Shown here piece after piece: positions 8,119 to 16,090 of a DNA stretch of 20,046 nt. A program made the position numbers and the translations under genes. Source of the stretch: an uncultured archaeon (GTDB taxonomy: Archaea; Asgardarchaeota; Thorarchaeia; Thorarchaeales; Thorarchaeaceae); NCBI GenBank assembly GCA_964648855.1, contig CAZYLT010000028.1, forward strand, positions 1 through 20,046, written 5' to 3'. Positions within the stretch are counted from its first letter, which is position 1. Each line of letters starts with the position of its first letter. Under the pieces are notes generated by a model. It was not told the DNA's origin, ran no database searches, and saw only the letters and a list, made by a program, of their open reading frames with translations.

Positions 8119-9792
8119 TTGAAGATGAACAAAACCGACACCGTGAACATTGCTGTTAAGATCCCCATCAACACTGAAGTAATGACTGATAGGTCGTTGC
8201 GGAGGTTGAGGCAAATCACGGGAAGGGACAGCAGGATCATCCGTGCGAACCTTGGAATCATCGAGGACAATGAGAAGGACCTTCTTCAAGGGGGGCCTAG
8301 GAAACGCATTGAGGAGAATAGGCTGCGAGAAATGACACTAACTGCCTTGAGAGTGAAGAGTGGCTACAAGCAGAGGTTGACTGTTCCCCATGACTTGAAG
8401 GAACGTTTCCCACGTACTTCAACCAATGAGCTTGACCAGTGTCGCAAGACTGCAGTCATGTTGTACGATGCATATCTGACATTGCGACAGAGGAATCCAA
8501 GGATGAGGAGACCGTGCAAGACAAATCCTGACGGCAAAATTCCCCGTTGGGTTTTTCTTAAGTGCTTCAGGTTGAAACATTCACCCACTACGATATCTCG
8601 GTGGTGGCTTGATTTACGAGACGCTCTCGATTCTGTTCCAGAAGGCAGACCCACACACGACCGATTGAGACTTCCCCTGAAAGTCACTCCATTCCATGAG
8701 GATCAACTCAATAGGGGAGAAGTGAAGGCCGTCCAGATCTTCTGTGATAGGCATGGCAAGTGGTGGACTGCCTTCGCCGTGACACTATTGGTAGCAGTGC
8801 ACGATTTGAAGGATGACTTACCCTTTGCCATACTTGGTATCGATCTCGGGGTGAAGAAAGCAGTCTGTAGTGTTCTCCTCACAGAGCACAAAGTGTCCGA
8901 AACAAGATACTTCATCCAAAAGGAAAAGCGGGACTCAATGATGCAGTATGATGCCAGAGTTGCCGACCTACAGCAGGCAATAGAGAAGAAGAGAATCAGT
9001 GGAGATGAGGGCAGGCTTCTTATGAAGCTCAAGAGTTTCAGAACAAAACGGGAAGATGTATCCAAGACCCATGATCGTATTCTGGTCAGCAACCTAATCT
9101 CATACATAGGGGAACTCGACCAGAAGTGCAATCTCTTTGTTGCCATCGGGAAGCTCAAGGGGATTCGTTATGCTGCAAGAAGAGGCAACTACCGAGGTAA
9201 TCGCTACCGTGGCATGGTACATAGATGGTCTTACTTCCGGATCACAGAAGCCTTGAAGCACGGACTCGCACAACTTGGCTGGCCGGTTGAAGGAGGCAAG
9301 GCACGAATCCGAGCGGTGCCTGAACAATGGACCTCAATCAAATGCTGGAAGTGTGGACAGAAGGGATATCGCCCGAAGCAGTCCCTCTTTGTCTGCCACA
9401 CGTGTGGCTTTAGAACCAACGCCGACCGAAATGGTGCGCTTAACATAGCGCGCCGACTCATTACGCTCATTCCTTTACTACAGAATGAGACCGGACTAGG
9501 GCGGTGGGTGTCCCCCGAGCGGGCCCCAGCCCCGAAGGCTGTAAGGAAGACTCGTTCTTCTAAGCAGAAGTCCTCACTCAACAAGATGGAAGTTTCGTCA
9601 ACCTCCGTTGAGTCCGCGGCCGTTCATCATGTCCAATTGGATGTTCTCAGATTCAGTGATGGCTCTGAGATGGATGATTATGACCCTGCCGTGGCAAAAG
9701 CTGTGGAAACACTTCCTGCGGCCAGAAGTGACGAGCTGGCGAAATCGCAGAAGACAGAAGCCAGGTCTGATGGAGGGACGGTGTCCCGATGA
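8119..9792 (+). CDS. tnpB: TnpB-family RNA-guided endonuclease with rearranged RuvC-II and C-terminal extension (557 aa from TTG 8119; ATG 8125 or GTG 8143 also possible)
   Basis: RuvC-I ILGIDLG (D242); RuvC-II strand LFVAIGKL with G344 at the usual Glu position; WSY motif; VPEQWTS (E402); Zn finger CWKC...CHTC; RuvC-III NADRNGALNI (D436). Confidence 0.93.
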   Translation: MKMNKTDTVNIAVKIPINTEVMTDRSLRRLRQITGRDSRIIRANLGIIEDNEKDLLQGGPRKRIEENRLREMTLTALRVKSGYKQRLTVPHDLKERFPRTSTNELDQCRKTAVMLYDAYLTLRQRNPRMRRPCKTNPDGKIPRWVFLKCFRLKHSPTTISRWWLDLRDALDSVPEGRPTHDRLRLPLKVTPFHEDQLNRGEVKAVQIFCDRHGKWWTAFAVTLLVAVHDLKDDLPFAILGIDLGVKKAVCSVLLTEHKVSETRYFIQKEKRDSMMQYDARVADLQQAIEKKRISGDEGRLLMKLKSFRTKREDVSKTHDRILVSNLISYIGELDQKCNLFVAIGKLKGIRYAARRGNYRGNRYRGMVHRWSYFRITEALKHGLAQLGWPVEGGKARIRAVPEQWTSIKCWKCGQKGYRPKQSLFVCHTCGFRTNADRNGALNIARRLITLIPLLQNETGLGRWVSPERAPAPKAVRKTRSSKQKSSLNKMEVSSTSVESAAVHHVQLDVLRFSDGSEMDDYDPAVAKAVETLPAARSDELAKSQKTEARSDGGTVSR

Positions 9793-10070
9793 TTCCAGAC
9801 AAAGCCCATGCTGCCTCATGCCCACCCAGTATGAGATCGGTGGCGACACCAGGTATGGGAAGGGTGGAACACAGAAGTTTCTTGCAGATGACGTTCACTC
9901 ACATTCTAGGAGACAGGTCAGGGCGCGGGAATCGAACCAAATGTATTGTGAAGAAATGGAGAATTCAATATACTGCAGCAAGGCGAGAGGACGTAGGGAA
10001 CACAATGCGATTGCGGAACCCACATGATTTTCTTATTCATGAGGAGGATATCTTTCTTAATTCTATAAAG
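9766..10070 (+). ncRNA. Putative omegaRNA (reRNA) scaffold plus guide; boundaries approximate
   Basis: Dense stems around the tnpB stop: CCCATGCT/GGTATGGG (9805-9859), CTCATGC/GTATGAG (9815-9835) and GGTG-GCGA-CACC with a GNRA loop (9839-9850). Possible pseudoknot CCACCC (9822-9827)/GGGTGG (9862-9867). Terminal hairpin at 10020-10044. TnpB omegaRNAs are known to lie at this position. Confidence 0.65.
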
Positions 10071-10077
10071 GAACAGA

Positions 10078-10173
10078 TGGGGCCCGGGGCGGGAGTTGAA
10101 CCCGCGTCAGGGGAGGTCTGCCGCCAAGAATGGCGTCCACAATCCCCTATGCTACCGTTACACCACCCAGGCC
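10078..10173 (-). tRNA. tRNA-His(GUG) with encoded G-1, C73 and CCA, and a 21-nt intron at 37/38 (10116-10136)
   Basis: Full cloverleaf: acceptor GCCTGGG/CCCGGGC, anticodon stem GGGGA/TCCCC, anticodon 10138-10140, T-arm GCGGG-TTCAACT-CCCGC. BHB motif: TTGT pairs with GCAG, two 3-nt bulges, intron hairpin CGCCA-TTCT-TGGCG. Confidence 0.97.
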
Positions 10174-10276
10174 ATGGTTTGGTGGGTAGCATTTCATCGC
10201 ACAACCGATTGAACTTATTAGCTTATCCATATTCCTACTCTATGAAGCCAACCAATCACAACAGCGAGGTTATTAT

Positions 10277-11926
10277 TTGAAGACTTCCATCCAGAAAAAA
10301 GAACTCGGCGCGTACTACACAGATCCCCGAGTGGCGGAGTTCTTGGTTCGCTGGGCGGTGAGAACCCCCAATGACAGAATACTCGACCCTTCTTTTGGAG
10401 AGGGTGTCTTTCTGGAAGCGGCTCTAAATGTAATGGGAGAATCTAAGGAGGTTGGGGAGCAGATTTATGGTGTCGAAATAGATGACTCGGAATATGATAG
10501 GGCGATAGAGAAATTCTCTGAATGGATTCCAGAAGAAAATCTCATTCACTCCGATTTCTTTGAAGTGATAGGGGGCGAGAATCATGGAACACTCGCTGAA
10601 ACTCAAGTGCCCGCTGTAGATGCGGTAGTTGGAAATCCTCCTTACATAAGGTATCACAGATGGAAAGGGAAGACTCGGAAAAGAGCGCAGGAAAAGGCCG
10701 AAACTCTAGGCGTTGAAATCAACGGGTTGAGCTCATCGTGGGCTCCCTTTGTGGTGTATTCCACTTCATTCCTTAAAAAGGGTGGACGCCTGGCCATGGT
10801 ATTACCCGCCGAAATCATGCATGCCTTCTACGCGAAACCGGTATTGGAGTACTTACATCAGACATTCAAGTTAGTGCGTCTGATTGCATTTCGCGAGAAG
10901 CTTTTCAGCCAGTTGTCAGAAGACACCTTGCTGATTCTCTGTGATGAAAAGGGTTGTGGGCCTTCTGAGATGTTCTTGACAGAGCTGCAAAACGTCTCAA
11001 AGATAGACGAGGAAATACCGACTGGGACCTCAGTTGAGTCGAAGTCCGTATTGGCTGGCGAGTCAAAGCTGATTGAGTATCTTCTGCCTGACAAGATCCG
11101 CCAGCTCTATTCGAGAATAAAGCAGGATGCACGTTCAGTCAAGCTCGGCGACATTGCTGATGTCGGTATTGGATACGTCACAGGGAATAATGATTTCTTC
11201 CACCTCTCACGATCTGAAGTAGAAGCCTTAGGGATCCCTGAAGAAGCGCTTTCAAGATGCCTTAGAAATAGTAGGCACATCCAAGGCCTTGTTGTAACAG
11301 ATGATGATTGGGAAAAGCTGAGAAACAAGGGTGAGGCCGTATTCCTGCTCAATCTGGCAGGTCTCGAGCCTCTGGCTGATGCAATTGAGGAGTATCTAAG
11401 AACTGGAGAAGAACGTGGTGTCCATCAAGGGTACAAGTGTAGAAATCGCAAGCCTTGGTATGTAGTTCCTCATGTCTACAAGTCTGATGGACTTCTCACC
11501 TATATGAGTGGAAAACGGTCAAGGCTCGTAGTCAATAAGGCTGGCATCTATGTTCCGAATACTTTGCATACTGTAAGACTTAGAGAACCGCATAATGACA
11601 TTATGCTTCAGCTTTCTCTTAGTTGGCTCAGCAGTTTCACAAGACTTAGTGTTGAAATAGAGGGCCGGAGCTTAGGGGGAGGTATGTTAAAACTTGAACC
11701 AAGTGAAGCTCAGAGGGTTCTGGTGACACTGCCGGAGCTGGCACCAAAGCCATTGAATAACACTACAAACAAAATAGACCATCTTCTTCGTGACAATAAA
11801 TGGACTGAAGCCATGTTAGTCGCAGACCATGCGGTTCTTCGGCAAACCCTGGGATTGGATGATGAAGAAATACAATTGCTAAGGCAAGGGGCTAAGGAGC
11901 TTCGAGAGAAGCGATATTCTCGTTAA
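10277..11926 (+). CDS. N6-adenine DNA methyltransferase, gamma class (type II restriction-modification)
   Basis: GAYYTD, motif I LDPSFGEGVF preceding motif IV VGNPPY, LKKGGRLAMVLP, and a C-terminal TRD with KCRNRKPWY and EGRSLGGGMLKLEP. Confidence 0.92.
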   Translation: MKTSIQKKELGAYYTDPRVAEFLVRWAVRTPNDRILDPSFGEGVFLEAALNVMGESKEVGEQIYGVEIDDSEYDRAIEKFSEWIPEENLIHSDFFEVIGGENHGTLAETQVPAVDAVVGNPPYIRYHRWKGKTRKRAQEKAETLGVEINGLSSSWAPFVVYSTSFLKKGGRLAMVLPAEIMHAFYAKPVLEYLHQTFKLVRLIAFREKLFSQLSEDTLLILCDEKGCGPSEMFLTELQNVSKIDEEIPTGTSVESKSVLAGESKLIEYLLPDKIRQLYSRIKQDARSVKLGDIADVGIGYVTGNNDFFHLSRSEVEALGIPEEALSRCLRNSRHIQGLVVTDDDWEKLRNKGEAVFLLNLAGLEPLADAIEEYLRTGEERGVHQGYKCRNRKPWYVVPHVYKSDGLLTYMSGKRSRLVVNKAGIYVPNTLHTVRLREPHNDIMLQLSLSWLSSFTRLSVEIEGRSLGGGMLKLEPSEAQRVLVTLPELAPKPLNNTTNKIDHLLRDNKWTEAMLVADHAVLRQTLGLDDEEIQLLRQGAKELREKRYSR

Positions 11927-11948
11927 TCTCTGGTTCCGAGTGTTGTGA

Positions 11949-12827
11949 TTATTCATACTTTTCGTCATATTGCGCCGCAATTGTTTCTAGTGCGTTTTCG
12001 TACCGGACAGCTTCATATTTTTTATCTTTGAAAACCAAGGGGTCTTCCAATCTCGGGCGGTCAATATTGTCAAGATGACAAAATTGAATCGCGAATCCAT
12101 CGTAACCACCACCGCTTAACTGCTTAATAGGCACGTCTTGGATAATAATGTCTAGTGTCTTCTCGGGTTCGTCGGGCTTATTCCTAGATATCATTGTTTC
12201 GGGTAATGCTGGGTCTTCAACGAATTCTCTTATCTTCTCGTTGCCCGTACCAATCATTCCCTCCAATTCTTTGAGATTGAATTTCGATTCAGAACAGAGA
12301 TGCGATAATACGTCCCGGGCTCTGATAAATGTTTCATAATTCAAGAACTTATCTGCAGTTCCGATAATAAAAGTCCCTACAAGAAGCACATGTCTGTGTT
12401 GGCCATCTCTCACTGCTTCGGCTAGATCAGCGAGAATTCTAGTTCTATTGTATACATTTCTATGAGCAGTTATCAGGCTCTTGTTTTCCATGATCAAACG
12501 AATGTCCTTCGGTTCGGACTCTCGGATTCGTTGAAATCCCTGATTCTTTGGATCGATACTAGTCTGTTGTGATGAATCTTCTCTTGTTCCCAGAACCAAG
12601 TCTAGGACATGTTGCCTTCCGCCGAGGCCAAGCCGATGGTTTACCTTGTAACAGATAGTTCCAGCATCAACATCAGACTTGAAGATTGAACTCACATGAT
12701 ACAAATCCCTGAGGAATTCCTTGCTAAGGTAATCAGAATGAAATCCGGTTCTTGGATGGTGTATTCTCTCTCTTTCTAGATAGCTGACCAGTCGCTCAAA
12801 TGCGGTCCTATTTAGTCCGATATTCAA
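11949..12827 (-). CDS. Putative type II restriction endonuclease (PD-(D/E)xK fold)
   Basis: HVLDLVLG...IRLIMENKS catalytic-type motif; convergent with the methyltransferase, 22 bp between the stop codons. Confidence 0.7.
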   Translation of the reverse strand: MNIGLNRTAFERLVSYLERERIHHPRTGFHSDYLSKEFLRDLYHVSSIFKSDVDAGTICYKVNHRLGLGGRQHVLDLVLGTREDSSQQTSIDPKNQGFQRIRESEPKDIRLIMENKSLITAHRNVYNRTRILADLAEAVRDGQHRHVLLVGTFIIGTADKFLNYETFIRARDVLSHLCSESKFNLKELEGMIGTGNEKIREFVEDPALPETMISRNKPDEPEKTLDIIIQDVPIKQLSGGGYDGFAIQFCHLDNIDRPRLEDPLVFKDKKYEAVRYENALETIAAQYDEKYE

Positions 12828-13040
12828 TACTAACTAACCATTGCAATCAGTAGCAATACACGGTAATAATTCTTTATCAGTCTACAAAACTACAATCGAG
12901 AGCTAAAAAATCATTGCACAATAGAGCAATTGTATTTTCCATGCAAGTTAGGTGCGGGGAGATATGCCAAATAAAATAGCCTGCATTCCAAATTCCAAGA
13001 GGCGACCTGATAACCGTTATTCTTATCTTAACAACAGTCA

Positions 13041-14261
13041 TTGGAAACACTAAGCAAAGGTAGGAAGGCGCCAGTATTGGTTGACTTGGAAAAGGGAGAA
13101 GGTATATGGAATTTCATAGAAATTGATGACAGTAAAATAGAAACAGACATCAGCTCCAACCCTCTAAAGTATATCGATAAACTTACCGAAAAATTGGATG
13201 GGGCTGATTTGGAAACAGTCGGCAAAGGAGTCATATCAGGCAACAAACTAAGAATTGCTTCAGGCGTTGAGGAGATATATAACCAAAGTCCGGACAGATT
13301 CATGACATTGGTTTGCATTATGGAGTTTGTAAATCGAAAACCCAAGGCGGTCTATGAAATAGCGGAGGAGGCATTCGCCAAAAAGGGGCAACCGAATATA
13401 AGCGACAATGGGCCAATCGCCCATGCATATAAATTATATGAGAAAGACCCGAAACTGCTTTTCGATGTCTATCTGAGAAATCAAGTGATCAGAAAAGGAT
13501 TTGATAGCTACAAACTGATAAGCAAGAAAAAGTCGTTCCCGCAACACCCTCTGCAGAAAATAGATGAGAATAGAATCAATACCTTTCTCAAAGATGTAGA
13601 CTCGCAGTTCAATGATGGTCTAGAAAGCAAATGCTGGCATGTTTCACATTATGGAAGTACAACTGAAGTGTACCTTAGAAGACAAGATGAACCGATTCTA
13701 CTGAAGAAACTTCTAAGAAATATTCGCCAAACCATGGCAAGTTCGACAATTCTACGCTTTGACAAACACGGCCGGAATGTAGACCTTTGGTCAGAGAAGC
13801 ATTCGGTCGCGGAAAAGCTACTTAATCATCTTTCTAAGAAGATTTTTGAGAAAGATGCAAAATATGAGCCAGAAGTATACAGAAACAGTAAAGCCGATGT
13901 TAAAAATTGGCTTGGAGCAATAATGCATGGTCAGGATAGTGACATGAAACTACTCAAAATAAAGAGGAGAAATGCTCCAATCAAAGGCAGTCCAAAAATA
14001 ACCATAGAATCATCAAGGTCGATTCATGTTTCATTGAACTCGTTGAAACAAGCTGGTATTGATCTTAGCAAAGATTGCGCTACTGAAACAGAGGAGATTA
14101 GCATTGAGTACAAATCAACCAAGTATTTATTTGGATTAAGAATCAGCAATGGGTCCATTGTTGTTTATAGCAAGAGACAAAGAGGGACAAAGAAAGCAAT
14201 GGAATCGATTATCACATATTTGAAAAAAGAATATAGCATCAAGATATCACTGAGCAACTGA
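13041..14261 (+). CDS. Hypothetical protein (406 aa, Lys-rich), first gene of a two-gene operon
   Basis: Long ORF in AT-rich DNA, 5 bp upstream of the next gene; no catalytic motif recognised. Confidence 0.8.
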   Translation: METLSKGRKAPVLVDLEKGEGIWNFIEIDDSKIETDISSNPLKYIDKLTEKLDGADLETVGKGVISGNKLRIASGVEEIYNQSPDRFMTLVCIMEFVNRKPKAVYEIAEEAFAKKGQPNISDNGPIAHAYKLYEKDPKLLFDVYLRNQVIRKGFDSYKLISKKKSFPQHPLQKIDENRINTFLKDVDSQFNDGLESKCWHVSHYGSTTEVYLRRQDEPILLKKLLRNIRQTMASSTILRFDKHGRNVDLWSEKHSVAEKLLNHLSKKIFEKDAKYEPEVYRNSKADVKNWLGAIMHGQDSDMKLLKIKRRNAPIKGSPKITIESSRSIHVSLNSLKQAGIDLSKDCATETEEISIEYKSTKYLFGLRISNGSIVVYSKRQRGTKKAMESIITYLKKEYSIKISLSN

Positions 14262-14266
14262 TCATA

Positions 14267-15394
14267 TTGCTACCAAATGGCTATATTGTTTATCCTGATA
14301 ATGATTATGCGCTAGAGAGATGCAAAGTTCTTTGCAGGTTGGGATTAGCTGATGCCTTGGAACAAGAAGTTGTCAGTTGTGTAAATCATAGGGATTGGGA
14401 TTATGATACCCTTTCTACTGAAGAAAAGCGATGTTCTTCATGGATATTCGTCAGTTCATTTGAAGAGGGTTCGGCGGTATGTGAAGAATGTGGACGAAAA
14501 ATAAATCGGAAAGAGAAGAAGAACAAATACAAGGCTTGGGAGGTAAGCCTAAATCTTGATAAAATCTCAAAATACATTGTGGAGAGGCTGAAACCGGAGG
14601 TAGACCACATAGAGGAGAGAGAATACTCATGGGAAATTCTACTTAATCGAAGGCATTCATTTCTTGTACTTATTGGATATATGCCAATACAGTTCAATCA
14701 GGATTATTTGTTTGGAAACGTAGGGAATACTATTGGATTGGCAATTTCTGACTATGAATATAACCAGTTCATTCAATCCTTTCCGTTACAACCAGCCATA
14801 ACCCTGCAGAATCTGATTCAAGATCCTAAATCAGTCATTCGGCTGATTAACGCATCTTTCACTGAACAGCCCAGAAAACTAGAGGTGGATTCATGCAAAG
14901 ATCTTCTGCTTTCATTTGCTAGCTCGTTCAACTCATCAGGCTCTGATTTCGAAAATCTCTGCCTTGAACTCGAAAGGAATATTCGCGACAATAAACAAGG
15001 AATGGAGCAAATTCTCAACCAGCTCAAATTGAAGCAAGCGATATCATACAGAGTCCTGCATCTAGGTGGCTCTGGAATGCCAGATTTGCTGCGGATACCG
15101 CTCTTCCCCTATTTCAGAGATTACTTTACTCATAGCGGTGTTATAGAGTCCAAGCAGTATCTGCAGAGCAAACTTAGGCCGACACATCTCGGACAAGCAA
15201 TACGACATGCAAGGCATTATGGCCAGAAGAGAATTCTCATCTACGCTCTGACAGAGGATGTTGCTCCAAGTGTGTGGAGTGATGTCCTTAGCGTCAGAGA
15301 AGCTGATGGGGGATTTCTCAATATCGTGATGGATACTACATTTATTGCATACTTGATAGTGGCTTTTGATTTGGTTGAAACTATGTTGACCTAA
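14267..15394 (+). CDS. Zn-ribbon plus C-terminal Mrr-like restriction endonuclease domain protein (375 aa)
   Basis: Cys cluster SCVNH...RCS...VCEECG; C-terminal DFENLC...LGGSGMPDLL...VIESKQY...HLGQ fits the Mrr/type IV pattern FE...G..PD...ExK. Confidence 0.78.
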   Translation: MLPNGYIVYPDNDYALERCKVLCRLGLADALEQEVVSCVNHRDWDYDTLSTEEKRCSSWIFVSSFEEGSAVCEECGRKINRKEKKNKYKAWEVSLNLDKISKYIVERLKPEVDHIEEREYSWEILLNRRHSFLVLIGYMPIQFNQDYLFGNVGNTIGLAISDYEYNQFIQSFPLQPAITLQNLIQDPKSVIRLINASFTEQPRKLEVDSCKDLLLSFASSFNSSGSDFENLCLELERNIRDNKQGMEQILNQLKLKQAISYRVLHLGGSGMPDLLRIPLFPYFRDYFTHSGVIESKQYLQSKLRPTHLGQAIRHARHYGQKRILIYALTEDVAPSVWSDVLSVREADGGFLNIVMDTTFIAYLIVAFDLVETMLT

Positions 15395-15401
15395 TGGCGA
15401 T

Positions 15402-15716
15402 TTAGAACTCTAGGACTCGCTCCTCATTATTTGTGTTTCCCGGGTTCACTTCATCCATCAATTCTACTATTTTTTCAGTCTTTTCTGAGCAAATCAGTTC
15501 CTTGAATTCCTGCAAGTCATTCATGGATCGGATGTAGAGATCGTTTTTCTTCTTACGTTTTCCAGCTTCGTCTACTGGATTGATAACCACAGCCAATGAG
15601 GGCGGGCCGCCTTCGTTTCGGGGAGGCATTTTACAGATTTTCAATCCCGCGATGTTAGTTTTAACTTTCTCCCATGCTTTTGCATCTCTCAATATTTCTT
15701 CAAGCTCACCCTTCAT
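15402..15716 (-). CDS. Small archaeal-type hypothetical protein (104 aa)
   Basis: AGGTG RBS upstream; protein-like charged composition (WEKVKT.I.G..I.K.P...LAV.INPVD..G). The resemblance to conserved archaeal hypotheticals is from memory only. Confidence 0.75.
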   Translation of the reverse strand: MKGELEEILRDAKAWEKVKTNIAGLKICKMPPRNEGGPPSLAVVINPVDEAGKRKKKNDLYIRSMNDLQEFKELICSEKTEKIVELMDEVNPGNTNNEERVLEF

Positions 15717-16090
15717 GAAAGCAACACCTTACAAATAGAACAAAGAATTGGAGGAATTTAGTTGTTTTCCTGCAGAAGCTGTCTTCTCGTATGCTCTTGA
15801 TACAATTATAATTAGCATAAGGCACATCGCCCGCCCCGGGCCCTTTACTTCAATATATATTTCATTAACATTTCACTTCGGGCCATAAAGAGGACTTGCA
15901 CTCCGAACTTCACTCATCCAATACTTTCAGAATTTATTTCTAACGGTTCAATGTGATATCTGCTGGTCGAGCCAAATGTAGTATCTTTATCCAAGCCAGA
16001 GTGGCTTATATACGAGGAATGAGTGAAAGTCACCCCCATAAGAAACGACCATCCCTTAATTAGAGAAAAAGGAATGTGAGGGCGAAGTAA

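Larger units (their letters stand above)
8004..10052 (+). mobile_element. Non-autonomous tnpB-only IS200/IS605- or IS607-type element; ends approximate
   Basis: tnpB gene with no tnpA in the window. A right-end-like hairpin GGAACCCACATGA...TCATGAGGAGGATATC lies at 10015-10052. The left end is not defined. Confidence 0.55.

Noticed and set aside
8119-9792. Nuclease-dead TldR interpretation of tnpB
   Set aside because: Both catalytic Asp residues are intact and a candidate compensating Glu (E402) is present, which fits the rearranged active site better.
9789-10280. 163-aa ORF (and the overlapping 9608-10027 ORF)
   Set aside because: The 163-aa ORF runs antisense through the tRNA-His gene and both cross the structured RNA region; no protein-like features, so treated as shadow ORFs.
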